Positions 26,101 to 36,075 are shown, counted from the first letter of the stretch. The stretch is 64,000 nt of DNA from a virus (IMGVR_UViG_3300020048_000106:8450-72449), one strand, 5' to 3'. A program made the numbers and translations. The notes: a model not told the origin generated them from the sequence alone.

Positions 26101-26386
26101 TTTGGTTACCGGATTCCTTGGTTGGTGGTGAAGCATAAGAGGGGCCGGCCCGACCACGGAGGTATGAGCCTCGCTTTGGATCGGGCCGGCTCGCCGTGGA
26201 AAGCCGTTCACAACGAGTCCCTTGGCAACCGTCGGTATTGCGGCTTTCGCCCACCGCCGGCTGACTTGGTAAAGTGGTTGGATGTCCGCCGCTTCCGCTT
26301 CCGAGCGGCTGGTCGAGTGTCTGCGGAAGCAACCCCGCAGTAGTCAAATCCGTATCCGCACGCGACGATGATGAAGTAAAGCGGGA

Positions 26387-27046
26387 TCACGCCTGATCGC
26401 TCCCGTACAAATCACGGAAATCGTCGTCGTTCGCCAGCGCGTGGGCGTAAATGTTTGTGGTCCCAACGCTCGCGTGACCGGCCGCGTCGCGCACCTGGGA
26501 CAGTGACCGACCCGTTGCGATCGCGTGGCTGCAGAACGAATGCCGGCCCTGGTGGATCGACACTTGGTTGGCACGATCCTCGCCGAGTGGGGTCAAGGCG
26601 GTCCGCCAGTGGTGCCGGACGTTGTCCCAGCTCAGCCGCTCGCCGGTTTTCTTGCCGCTGAGGCTGCAGACGAACGGGTCGGTCGGCTGGGCACCCATCG
26701 CGATGCGACGCTGATACCAAGCCGCAACGTCAGCCATGGCGAAGCGATCCCATCGCAACCGGACGCGACGCCCGTGCCGCTGGCCGGTGGATGATGCCTT
26801 AGTGATTGCGGCCCGAATATGGATGCTTGGCCGGCTGCCGCTCAGGGTGATGTCTCCCATGTTCAAGCCGACGATCTCTTTCCGCCTGAGACCGTAAGCT
26901 GACGACAGGCGGAAGACGATCATGTTCAGTTCGGCCATCTTGCTCGGCCGTTTCCGTTTGCCCGGCGCTGCCTTGGCACGCATCCACGCCAAGCACGCCA
27001 AAACCTCATACCCTTCCAAAATCCGTGATGTGTCAGTCTGCGGCAT
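26387..27046 (-). CDS. Second tyrosine recombinase, catalytic domain only
   Basis: 219 aa; YGLRRKEI (R), ITKA (K), HQGRH, AGH, NIY; no core-binding domain. Confidence 0.88.
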   Translation of the reverse strand: MPQTDTSRILEGYEVLACLAWMRAKAAPGKRKRPSKMAELNMIVFRLSSAYGLRRKEIVGLNMGDITLSGSRPSIHIRAAITKASSTGQRHGRRVRLRWDRFAMADVAAWYQRRIAMGAQPTDPFVCSLSGKKTGERLSWDNVRHHWRTALTPLGEDRANQVSIHQGRHSFCSHAIATGRSLSQVRDAAGHASVGTTNIYAHALANDDDFRDLYGSDQA

Positions 27047-27102
27047 TGTCATTCTCCTGTGTGAAGGACTGCGGATGGATTCTAACAACGGGGGACGCGG
27101 TG

Positions 27103-27312
27103 TCAACGGTCAGCGGACTGATACCGCCGCTTTTGTGCTTCGATGTGCTCTCGGTATTTCTCCATGGTCTCAACGCGGGCGTTGCGGTATCCGAGTTGTT
27201 TCGCGTCGGCTGCAAGCACGCGGGCGCCGTCTTCGCAGCTGAACGCGAACACTTGGTTGGGGACCACGCCGTAGGTCACTAAGACGACGTGGGTTTGTGC
27301 ATGGGCACTCAT
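27103..27312 (-). CDS. Hypothetical protein
   Basis: AGGAA RBS; ATGA-coupled. Confidence 0.55.
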   Translation of the reverse strand: MSAHAQTHVVLVTYGVVPNQVFAFSCEDGARVLAADAKQLGYRNARVETMEKYREHIEAQKRRYQSADR

Positions 27313-27767
27313 GGTAATTCCTGTTGTGGTTCGGGGGTTGTGGTTGCTGCGGGCTCGGGTTCCCCGCCGGATCGGACGATTAGCTCGGCTATGGCTGCAA
27401 TTTCCTCGGCAGACATTGCTTCGTACTGGGTGAGCCGCTGGCAAAGCCTGCGGATCTTGGATAGCTTGGCGACCGATTCAAGCCGCTCGATGATCGCGGT
27501 CTGGACGGTGCTGCCTTTCGCCAGTTTGACGCCTCTCAGCTCTAGCCACTCGACGACGTCCGCCACGGTTCCGCTGCCGATCGCTGACATCATCGTGGAC
27601 GTCTCCTTGCTCAGTAGACCGCCCTGGGACGCATCTCCGCCGGCGCAAAGCTCCGTGGCTAGGTCGCGACGGGCATCCTTACCGGCTGCGAACGCCATCC
27701 CCATCAGGACCATCTCGAGGTCGCGGCGGTTGGCATCGTTCAGGTTGACTGCTCGTGCTCGTGTCAT
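27309..27767 (-). CDS. Hypothetical helical protein
   Basis: GAGG RBS; coupled. Confidence 0.6.
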   Translation of the reverse strand: MTRARAVNLNDANRRDLEMVLMGMAFAAGKDARRDLATELCAGGDASQGGLLSKETSTMMSAIGSGTVADVVEWLELRGVKLAKGSTVQTAIIERLESVAKLSKIRRLCQRLTQYEAMSAEEIAAIAELIVRSGGEPEPAATTTPEPQQELP

Positions 27768-28402
27768 TGCTCGCACCTCCGAAACTCGACTACCCAAACC
27801 CAAGGGTTGGCGGCCCATGATTCGGGGCCGTTAATCGAACGCCATAGCTCCATAAAGGCAGCAAAGTAAGAACTCTTCAGCGGATGGACCTGCATGCCGT
27901 TGATTTTGCGCGGGCTGAGGTCGATCCGCTCGACGCCTTCGGCCATCGCGTCCGCTTCGCTGATGTCGTGCAACCGCTCGACGCGAACGCCGGTGATCTC
28001 CAGCGTGATGCGCGAGGCCCAGCGTGGCATGTGGATCGATGGCTTCCACTTGCAAGCAATTACGGATTGGCTTGGGTAATTATCGGCTTTGTAAACCGCA
28101 CCGGTTTCAGGCGATGGGTCGAACGTAGACATCGGCGCCCACGTCTCCCGCACCCAAAGCCGATCGCCGGGCTTGCCGTAGGGGCATTTCAAATAGTTGG
28201 CCCATTCCTTTACGCGACTCACGCCGACGCCCAGCCATCCATCTGCACAGATATTTCCCTCCCAGCCGAGTGCCTCGTGGTCGCCGAAATGAACCATACT
28301 CGGCTGCGGCTTGATGATCCGCCGCGTCTGCGTCTTGCGACCGTCAAGGATCGCTCGCACCATAAGGCCGCTGAATAGGATCGGACGTTCTTTCATTGTC
28401 AT
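27764..28402 (-). CDS. ASCH/PUA-like domain phage protein
   Basis: MKERPILFS..MVRAIL.GRKTQTRR...CPYG..GDRLWVRETW...PSIHMPRWASRI.LEI..VRVERL..NPWVWVVEF. Confidence 0.9.
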   Translation of the reverse strand: MTMKERPILFSGLMVRAILDGRKTQTRRIIKPQPSMVHFGDHEALGWEGNICADGWLGVGVSRVKEWANYLKCPYGKPGDRLWVRETWAPMSTFDPSPETGAVYKADNYPSQSVIACKWKPSIHMPRWASRITLEITGVRVERLHDISEADAMAEGVERIDLSPRKINGMQVHPLKSSYFAAFMELWRSINGPESWAANPWVWVVEFRRCEQ

Positions 28403-30067
28403 CGTGTCGCCCCTTGCCGTTCGCGGATCTGGTTTTCCTCAGCCTTGCGGTCTTTCAAGAACTTCCCGAAGCTGTTCTTCGGGTTCTCGATCGCGTGGGT
28501 GATCGCAGCGCTCGCCGATCTCTTGTTCATCGTTGACACTTGGGCGTCGGTGAACCCGAGCTTGCCAAGCATTCGCGACTGGGACTCGGTCACCGGCTGG
28601 CGGGTCATGTACCCGGGCATCGCACACGATGTCGGAACTGTGGAGAGGTCGTACAGCGTTCCGCCTGTTCGCTGGAGCTCGTACCGGACCCCGACCGTGA
28701 CCTTCTTGCGTCGCGCTTCCTCGATTCGCTTGGCTTCCTCCTGTGCTGCCGCGATCGCTTCGAGTGACGACCCGTCGAAGTCGTTCTTCTGCATCTCCTT
28801 CGCGCGCTCGAGCGTTTCTTCTGGGATGTTGCCGGCCAGGATGTCGGTCGTGCAAATTAACTGGTGCCTTCCCGCTTGGCCGATGAAGTCAAGGACATGG
28901 CAGTCTGGCTTCGCACTCGCCTTGATCGCAGCGATTCGCGACGCGGCATCCATCCCTTCGTCGTCGATCGTTCCCGGAAGCGGCCGAGTGCCGCGGCCCA
29001 CCATCTGGGTGTAGAGCGCGCGGCTCTTGGTCGGGCGCCCGATCGCGATCAACCTGACCCGGGGAGCGTCGAAGCCTTCGGTGGCGACCCCGCAATTCAC
29101 CAGATACTGGATCCGGCCGGCTTTGAAGTCACTCACGATCTGCTTGCGTCGCGGGTCTTGCGGGCTGAGCGACCCGTCAATGGCCATCGCAGTATCTGAC
29201 AACACCGACCCGAACTCGCGGAAGTGATAGTCGCGGATCAACTCAGCAAGCCGGTGGGCCTGGTGAACGGATGCCGTGAAGACGATCGCCTGTTCGCCCT
29301 TCGCAACCTGGACGATTGGCTGAGCCATCGCGTGGAGCACTTCTTCGGCCTCCACCGCAACGGCCAGCTCGGCGTCGACCAAGTCACCGCCGCGCGTCGC
29401 CATCTGAGAGAAATCGAGCCCATCAATCCTTACGAAATGCTGGACTGGCTCAACCAGATACCCGTTTTGAATGCCCCAGAGGATGTCATAATTTCCGACA
29501 ACCTGCTGGAAGACACACCCCATCCCGATCCCGTCGAGGCGATCGGGCGTGGCGGTCACCCCGACCACTCGCAAGTCGGGGTTGTTTTTCAGGAAGTAAT
29601 CGACCACCCGTCGGTACGTTTCGGCAGCGGCTCGGTGGGCTTCGTCGATCAGGATCAGGCCGAAGTCCTTGGGATCGAACTTCTCGAACCGGTAGAACCC
29701 TTTGCTGCGGCTGTTCAAACTTTGGACGGACGCGACGACGATTCGATGCCTGGCACCGAACCGGTCCGCACGCATCGCCGCCTGTTCCAGCCCGACCTCT
29801 TCGTCGCAAATGTGTTCGAACGACTTCAGCGCCTGTTGATTCAGCTCAAAACGGTGCGCTATCATCATGATTCTCCCGCGCGGCCAATGCCTCGCGAGAC
29901 CGCCCATCATCACGGTCTTCCCGAGCCCGGTCGCTGCTACAAGCAAGCACGACCGGGTCGTCTGGTGGTCCTGCTGGAGTAATACGGAAGGCACCGAAGA
30001 TGTCGGCAAGGGCGTCGAGCTGGTAGTCTCGGAATCGAACAGGCTCTGGTTTAGGTCCATTGGTCAT
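28399..30067 (-). CDS. Superfamily 2 DEAH helicase (UvsW/Irc3-like); N-terminus split by a +1 frameshift
   Basis: ATGLGKT, DEAH, TATP, QMVGRGTR in ORF 28399..30060; the Q motif RDYQ..A...I is in the overlapping ORF 29846..30067. Confidence 0.9.
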
Positions 30068-30076
30068 GGCTCTTTC

Positions 30077-31036
30077 TTAGCGTTGGTGGTTGATCGATCT
30101 CTGGGCTGATTTATTCAACCAGCCCATGTTTCCGCAGTCCGGGCATTTTTTGCCCTCACACTTTGGGCACGGCATTGCGGGCAGGTAGCCCGACAATGCG
30201 TTCGCGGCCGACTCGAGATGCCGCAGGATCGAGTCCTTGCGTGATGTCACGATGTCGAGCCCGTGTAGTGGTGGCAGGTCTCGGAGCGACTTCATGGCGT
30301 TTCTGATCTGCTGCAGCACCTTCTGGCCATGCACGCCGTTCTCGAGGGCTCGCTCGACTTCCTGCATGGCTTCGGACAGGACTGGCTTAGCTGCTGCTTC
30401 TGCGGCCTTCTTGGCTTCTTCCTCCTTCGCCTTCTTCTTTGCCGCTTCCTCCTTCGCCTTCTTTCGGGCTGCCCGCATGGTGATTGCTCCGCCGTTGGCA
30501 ATTGCTTCAGCCGACAGCTCGGCGACAACCGCGGCTGCCGCGGCTGCGGGAAGGCCGACAAGCTCAGCGGCAGCCGATGGTGAAATAGCTGCCATCATGG
30601 CTGTTGCTTCTGGTGTCGATTCTTGGACAGAATGTCTCGTCGCCGAGACATTCTGAGCCGGGTCATCAACAGGGCCAGGCATAGCTTCAGGTTCGGGCGT
30701 TTGCGTCTGCGCGGCGATTGTCTTCATGAACTCATGCGACTGCCTGAGCCTGTAAGCCGTCTGCCGATGAACGCCCAGCCGTTCGCTGCAATAGTCAGCA
30801 AACCTGCCGTACCCGACCGTCTTATAGAGCCGACGGTCGATAATCTCCGCGATCGCCGCGGCGCTCTCCCATGCCGCATCGCCATACTTTTGCAAGATGG
30901 CCTCGCACTGCGCGAGCGCGTCGGTTTCGTTGTCCGCAGCCGTAAAGACCAACTGCGGGACTTCGTTGTCGTTCACGATCTCGCCTTTGATCGAGGCTGC
31001 TGGGATGGTGATGCTGGCAATGGGAGTGACTGGCAT
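30077..31036 (-). CDS. DNA-binding protein (HTH, Ala/Lys linker, C-terminal Zn finger)
   Basis: RLYKTVGYGRFADYCSERLGVHRQTAYRL; CPKC...CPDCG. Confidence 0.7.
   Translation of the reverse strand: MPVTPIASITIPAASIKGEIVNDNEVPQLVFTAADNETDALAQCEAILQKYGDAAWESAAAIAEIIDRRLYKTVGYGRFADYCSERLGVHRQTAYRLRQSHEFMKTIAAQTQTPEPEAMPGPVDDPAQNVSATRHSVQESTPEATAMMAAISPSAAAELVGLPAAAAAAVVAELSAEAIANGGAITMRAARKKAKEEAAKKKAKEEEAKKAAEAAAKPVLSEAMQEVERALENGVHGQKVLQQIRNAMKSLRDLPPLHGLDIVTSRKDSILRHLESAANALSGYLPAMPCPKCEGKKCPDCGNMGWLNKSAQRSINHQR
30612..30655. repeat. Palindrome copy 2 (CAGAATGTCTC-GTCGCC-GAGACATTCTG) with shared flank
   Basis: 30612-30654 is identical to 52480-52522 (43 bp). Confidence 0.95.
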
Positions 31037-31038
31037 GG

Positions 31039-32172
31039 TTACTTGCTGCGGCTTCGGGGTTTCTTTACTTCGATCGGGAGTGGAGTTGGCGGTTCGGGCG
31101 GGGCTTCGAGCAGCCGGGTATTCTGGAAGACCGAGTCCATCAGCATTCGCAGTTGAGTGTCGATGTCGCGTGCCATTGCCTTGCCGCGATCACTCCGCAT
31201 AGCCGGAATCCTCAGCCAGGCTTGGCCAAGGACATCTTTAACAAACGTCCGGATGTCAATGGCATCACGCTCTCGCTCCTGCTGCTCACCGATGGCAACG
31301 ATTGGCTCGATCGGATCATCGTCCAGCGGCGTCACCGTGTCAATCGTCGGTTTGGGCTCGACGATCATCCCCAACTTCTCAACCAGCGAGTCCGTGACTT
31401 CCGAAATGACATCCCGGATGATCTCGTCGTCGGTGGTTGCTGCTGGCAATGGTTCGAGTGGCGGGCCGAGAACCATGACGGGCATCCGATCCCTTTCGGC
31501 TTGCCGCTTGACTTGTTCCAGCTCTGCGCGGAGCTGATCCATCTCGGCCTGTTGTTGCCGCATCCGCTCGGCTTCCGCGGCCTGGGTTTTCAACTGCTCC
31601 TGCAATCGCTTCGATTCGGCGATCGCATCGGCCATCTTCTGACGCTGGGCAGCCATCTCGGCTTCTCGCTCCGAAGCGGCTCTCGCCAAGGCTTCTTCGA
31701 CGGCCTGCTTGCGGGCGGCCTCGGCTTCTTCTTCCAGCCGCCGCCGTTCCTCTGCGATCCGGGCCTGCTTCTCGGCCTCCTTACGTTCGGCGTAGACCTT
31801 CCGCGAGTCCTCGATCGGCTTCTGGATCTCGTCCAAAACCGCGAACCATCGCTTGGCTTCCTCGTCAACGAATCGACCGTACTCGAGGGCGCCTCGCTTC
31901 AAATCCTGGCGGCGGGCTTCGATCTGGGCCCGCCACGATCGGATCTCGCCGCACGCGCTCTGAGCGATCTTCTCGTCGCCGGGGCTGACGATGTATGTCG
32001 GAAGGTCACCGAATCGATCCATCAGCGCTTCTTTGAGAACATCGGGCGACCGGAAGGCCGACATCCCCAGTTCACCGGGAATGATCCCGACCGAGTAGTC
32101 GACATTGCTGCCGTCCCATGGGTTTTTGCCGGATTGCTTGTTGGCGATTCGTTTGGTGAAGGCGGTACTCAC
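31039..32172 (-). CDS. Coiled-coil phage protein
   Basis: 377 aa, long E/A/R/Q heptads; within the recombination module. Confidence 0.7.
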   Translation of the reverse strand: MSTAFTKRIANKQSGKNPWDGSNVDYSVGIIPGELGMSAFRSPDVLKEALMDRFGDLPTYIVSPGDEKIAQSACGEIRSWRAQIEARRQDLKRGALEYGRFVDEEAKRWFAVLDEIQKPIEDSRKVYAERKEAEKQARIAEERRRLEEEAEAARKQAVEEALARAASEREAEMAAQRQKMADAIAESKRLQEQLKTQAAEAERMRQQQAEMDQLRAELEQVKRQAERDRMPVMVLGPPLEPLPAATTDDEIIRDVISEVTDSLVEKLGMIVEPKPTIDTVTPLDDDPIEPIVAIGEQQERERDAIDIRTFVKDVLGQAWLRIPAMRSDRGKAMARDIDTQLRMLMDSVFQNTRLLEAPPEPPTPLPIEVKKPRSRSK

Positions 32173-32687
32173 TGGTCAGCTTCCTCTTTTTGAGGGGGTT
32201 GGGGCGTGGTGGAAACGGTTGTCGACTGAGATTTGTGCTGCCGTTCGACTTCGGCAGCGATTGCAGCCTGTGCAGCTGACATTGGCAGCCCTGTGGCTAC
32301 CATCCCGTAGTCCTTTTTCGGGATGAACGGCTTGACCCCGGTGTCAGGCAGCGCGAGGCGGATCGCCGCGACGTTGGTCTGTCCGAGGCACTTTTCAAGG
32401 ACACACACCCGCAGTCGGATCGTCTTGCCGATCCAATCCGCGGGGACGTCCGATCCCGTCGCATAGTTCATCAAGCGACGGTTGGTTTTGCTGAGGATCA
32501 ATCGCTTCTTTGCGTTCTTGAACACGAGGATCGGCTTGTCGATCGGGGTGCCGTCGGCTGACTTGGCTTGGCCGGCGTCAAACACTTCGGCGATAACGAG
32601 ATCGAACTCCTTGAAGACATTCCCCTTGGCGAGGTCTTCTGCTTTCAGATACTCGATTCCTGGGCTCTTGGCTCCACGCATGCTCAC
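32169..32687 (-). CDS. Phage ssDNA-binding/recombination partner (OB-fold-like)
   Basis: YLKAEDL...KPILVF....K.LILSKTN...DWIGK.I.L...AIR pattern; next to the RecE-like nuclease. Confidence 0.6.
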   Translation of the reverse strand: MSMRGAKSPGIEYLKAEDLAKGNVFKEFDLVIAEVFDAGQAKSADGTPIDKPILVFKNAKKRLILSKTNRRLMNYATGSDVPADWIGKTIRLRVCVLEKCLGQTNVAAIRLALPDTGVKPFIPKKDYGMVATGLPMSAAQAAIAAEVERQHKSQSTTVSTTPQPPQKEEADQ

Positions 32688-33649
32688 AGTTCGTCCCCCG
32701 ATGCAAGGTCTTCGTCGGACACTTCGTCAGCGTCCCAGTCATAAGCCGCGCCGTCGTCCTGACCGGCTCGGCCACCGAACGCGATGTCCAGCAGCGAGAC
32801 AGTCAGCTCGCCTTTGTCGCGTCCTGGCCAGTGGTTTGTCTCCATTGCCAGCCTGTAGTCGAGGATCGTGCTGCAGACTTCCGCGAAGGCCTCGTCCAGC
32901 TTGTCGGCAGGGACCGGAAAGACCACTGCGTCAAACGGTGGTTTCTTCTCCTGGGCGATGATCTCGACCTCGAGCGATCGACCAAGACTCTGGCGAACAA
33001 GCTCGCGATAGATTGACAGCTTGTGGGCGTACCGCAGGTTGCGAAACTGAACGCTAAACTTCCACGGATCGGCCGTGACGGTCGTCTTGATGTCGCCGAT
33101 CGTGTCCGTTTGCAGCAGGTCGATCCTGCCCTTGAACCGGATCCCCTCGATAACCCCGGTGACCGTGATTTCCGGGATCGAAGTCTTCACCAGCTCGGAC
33201 GCCCGCGGGTTGGCGTGCAATGCGATCACGGCCTTGAGGGCTCGTTGATACTGCTCGTCGGTCAGCACGGTCTTGCCCGGGTTGGCCTCAAGGAACTCGC
33301 GGATCTTGCCTTGGCAATAGCTCGTCGTTGTAGCCTTCGACTCTTTGCCGTTCTGTGTGCAGTTCTCCGGGTCCAAGTGGAACGGCGGGATGACTGCGAA
33401 ATCTCGCTTGAACGTGTGTGGCTCAAGCGTCAATGCGTGGATGCCAGTGCCGAGCCGCATGTCGTTGCTCGGCTCCATCCCTGGGCCTGTCATGGCGTAC
33501 AGAAGGTGCTTCCGGCTTTCCATGCCGTACACAATGGTCGACGGGTTTACGCGACGGACTGCTCGGTATTCATCCCACGTAAGATTGTGGATGGCCGTGC
33601 CAAGTTCGTCATTTACCGTCCCGAGAAAAGCTGCCTGGGTGGTGCCCAT
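32684..33649 (-). CDS. RecE/exonuclease VIII-like PD-(D/E)XK nuclease (DUF3799-like)
   Basis: MRLGTGIHALTLEP, KGRIDLL....IGDIKTT, Y..KLSIY. Confidence 0.85.
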   Translation of the reverse strand: MGTTQAAFLGTVNDELGTAIHNLTWDEYRAVRRVNPSTIVYGMESRKHLLYAMTGPGMEPSNDMRLGTGIHALTLEPHTFKRDFAVIPPFHLDPENCTQNGKESKATTTSYCQGKIREFLEANPGKTVLTDEQYQRALKAVIALHANPRASELVKTSIPEITVTGVIEGIRFKGRIDLLQTDTIGDIKTTVTADPWKFSVQFRNLRYAHKLSIYRELVRQSLGRSLEVEIIAQEKKPPFDAVVFPVPADKLDEAFAEVCSTILDYRLAMETNHWPGRDKGELTVSLLDIAFGGRAGQDDGAAYDWDADEVSDEDLASGDEL

Positions 33650-33699
33650 TTCATGTCCTCAAGGGAAGTGAGCCAGCACGCTGCTGGCCTTGTGCTCGA

Positions 33700-33727
33700 A
33701 TCTTACCGAGTGGAGACGCCGTGTCAA
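33700..33727 (-). promoter_or_regulatory. Sigma70-like promoter for the replication/recombination operon
   Basis: TTGACA-16-TAAGAT on the minus strand. Confidence 0.55.
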
Positions 33728-33742
33728 CCGTGGTCGGCAAAA

Positions 33743-34174
33743 TTATTCTTTGGACAGGTCTTCCGCCACCCGGCGGAGGATCATTGCGATGCGTGGCTCG
33801 GTCTTTTCCATGTGCTCGGCGGCGATCTCGACCAGCTCCTTAGCTGCGCGATGCACTTGGGCGGACCGCCGCTTGATGTCCTCGAGGACATGCGACCTGA
33901 TCGCGCCGGCATCGACCATGGACACGATTGCCTGTTCGATAATTTTCGTGGAAGCCGCCATCTGCTTGGTGGCTTCCTGCGTTTGTTTCGCGAACTCGAC
34001 GTGGTTGTCGTATGAGTTTTCTTGAGCTTTAGCCAGTCGTGTCGCCAACCTCAAGTGTGCGCGGATCATAAACCACCCAGCCACCCCCGCAGCGACCAAC
34101 AGCACGACGCTGAGCATCGCTCCGAATCCGTGGTCCCTGCCAACTGCTAGGGCTGCTTCTGCTGCTGCGTCCAT
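33743..34174 (-). CDS. Single-pass membrane protein with coiled coil (holin/antiholin-like)
   Basis: FGAMLSVVLLVAAGVAGWFMI TM segment; ends the lysis-like cassette. Confidence 0.55.
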   Translation of the reverse strand: MDAAAEAALAVGRDHGFGAMLSVVLLVAAGVAGWFMIRAHLRLATRLAKAQENSYDNHVEFAKQTQEATKQMAASTKIIEQAIVSMVDAGAIRSHVLEDIKRRSAQVHRAAKELVEIAAEHMEKTEPRIAMILRRVAEDLSKE

Positions 34175-34214
34175 GTGTACTTCCGTGCTTGGGAGGTTCA
34201 TTGGCTGGTCCTGG

Positions 34215-34802
34215 CTATCGGAATCGACGTTGTGGCGGACATTGGCCGCCTGGACATCCGCTGCTGACGATAGTTCTAGCCGATGGCTGCCGGATTGTGG
34301 TGGGATAAGTCACCCGTTGGCCTTCGTGCTCACTGTTGTGGATCGCGTTGAGCTGGTCGAGCGACATGCTGTCAAGTGACCCCTGTGCGTGCCGGCCGTG
34401 GTTTTGGCCGTCGGTGTAGAGATGGCTCAGTAAAGCGGCGCGGGTCCATGGCTCGCCGCTTTTCAACCAATTACTGCCGCTGAAAATCGAAACGGCTGGC
34501 GGAGATTGATGTAGCGACTCGACATTGAGGTTGCATTTGCACGGTTGGCCGGACTGGCAGCCGCAAGTGCAAAGCGAGGAACACGAGCATGACTTGACCA
34601 TCGCGGGCTGCTTGGCAGGCACGACGGCGGGTTTGGGGTCGGTGAGGATCGCAGCAATGGCCGGGACTGAGGCCGCCGGCGAGGCGGCCTCCACGATGGG
34701 GTCGGGCGCTTTTAAGCTCTCAACCGGCGGCCTCAGAAGCCCGGATAACGCTGCGATGAACAAAATGGTTGACGACACGGTTCGAACGAAGGCGGACAGC
34801 AT
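34215..34802 (-). CDS. Secreted Cys-rich protein
   Basis: Signal-like N-terminus; CSCSSLCTCGCQSGQPCKC; C-terminal GCPGGQCP. Confidence 0.7.
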   Translation of the reverse strand: MLSAFVRTVSSTILFIAALSGLLRPPVESLKAPDPIVEAASPAASVPAIAAILTDPKPAVVPAKQPAMVKSCSCSSLCTCGCQSGQPCKCNLNVESLHQSPPAVSIFSGSNWLKSGEPWTRAALLSHLYTDGQNHGRHAQGSLDSMSLDQLNAIHNSEHEGQRVTYPTTIRQPSARTIVSSGCPGGQCPPQRRFR

Positions 34803-34804
34803 GG

Positions 34805-35683
34805 CTAAGCTCCTAGCTTCGGGGGTTGTGGTGCGGTCGGATCAGGTGTCACCGCCCTGATCGCGTAGAACAGGTGGTGCTTCACGGTTGATGCGTAATG
34901 GGCTCCCCAGCGGGTCCAGGCGACGCCATCGAGCCCCCAGCCGAGTCCGTGGCTGTTGACCATGCGGAAGTCGTACTGGTCAGTGCCGGTTACCCGGACG
35001 TCGTCCACAAGGACCGCGTGATTGCCCACGCCACTGTTTCCCACGAGCACGTCGCCGTTCAGCCGACGCCATGCGCCGCCAACGTGGATTGCCACGCCAA
35101 TAACGAACTGCAGAGCTGCCGCGGCCGCCAGCTCGAACGGGGTCGAAACTTGATGGTACTCGAGGGCCCGGAACCGGTGCCGCTCTTTCTTGGCCGCATC
35201 GGGAAGGCTTGACTCGGTGTAGAACCTACCGGCTGTGTTCAGGCCTTCCGGCGCTACTCCGGTCCGAAGCATCGCCTTGATGTTGTTCTCCAAGCCCGAC
35301 CCGCGATCACGGCCCCCGTTCGTCTGAGCGTAGAGCGATTCGCCGCTGAGAAACACCGGCGCCATCCCGGCCCACACGCGAGCCCTTGCTAACGCCCACG
35401 CCCCGGCGTACCCAGCACACGATCCGACGCTCCCCTGCGACCGCGTCCACTGTTTTGCTGGGAACATCTTGGCCGCGGGGGTGCGGTGCGGGTTCGCCAG
35501 GATCTCAACGATGTCTTTGTGGTCGCGAACGCCCGCAGAGTCAGCGAGCGACGACATCGGGAAAATCTGCGACTCCCGCTCATGCGGAATCCATAGCCCG
35601 GTCGCGAACTGCTCGCCGTCAACCGTAATGAATGGCCGGTCCGGAACCTCGTAGTCGCGTCCGTCGATCGTTTCAGTGGCCAT
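34805..35683 (-). CDS. Papain-like (C1) cysteine peptidase
   Basis: QGSVGSCAGYA (Q, C), GNHAVL (H), MVNSHG..WG..G (N). Confidence 0.87.
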   Translation of the reverse strand: MATETIDGRDYEVPDRPFITVDGEQFATGLWIPHERESQIFPMSSLADSAGVRDHKDIVEILANPHRTPAAKMFPAKQWTRSQGSVGSCAGYAGAWALARARVWAGMAPVFLSGESLYAQTNGGRDRGSGLENNIKAMLRTGVAPEGLNTAGRFYTESSLPDAAKKERHRFRALEYHQVSTPFELAAAAALQFVIGVAIHVGGAWRRLNGDVLVGNSGVGNHAVLVDDVRVTGTDQYDFRMVNSHGLGWGLDGVAWTRWGAHYASTVKHHLFYAIRAVTPDPTAPQPPKLGA

Positions 35684-35685
35684 GG

Positions 35686-36072
35686 TTACTCCTGCCGAAG
35701 GATCCTGCGGACGTCGTCACGGCTCTCGGGGAGGCGGCCGCTGCGGAGCAATTTGTCATTGCTGATGAACAGGTAGGCTGGGAGCCCCGCAGCGTCCGCC
35801 GTGGCCCGATATGGAGCTGCATCCGGCAGATCCTTGTCATACACCCGGTACTGGATGCCGATCGACTTCGCTTCTTCCCACAACGCCGCATCTGCGATGA
35901 TCCCAGCGACCGCCCCGGTTCGCTCCGAAGATTCCTCAACGATTACGAACCAGGGATCGATCAACTCGACTTTTTGGCTGAACACCCCGCCGCCGATGGG
36001 CGGAAGCCATCCCATCTCTGATCCGCCGACAAACAACAGGGCGATCAGCGCGAGGCGTTGCACAAGCGACAT
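35686..36072 (-). CDS. Exported protein with thioredoxin-like pattern, no CxxC
   Basis: Signal-like N-terminus; YD.D...GLPAYLFI...G.LP. Confidence 0.6.
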   Translation of the reverse strand: MSLVQRLALIALLFVGGSEMGWLPPIGGGVFSQKVELIDPWFVIVEESSERTGAVAGIIADAALWEEAKSIGIQYRVYDKDLPDAAPYRATADAAGLPAYLFISNDKLLRSGRLPESRDDVRRILRQE

Positions 36073-36075
36073 GGC

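Noticed and set aside
26208-26390. 60-aa ORF downstream of the second recombinase
   Set aside because: ATGA-coupled but short with no recognisable features; support too thin to list.
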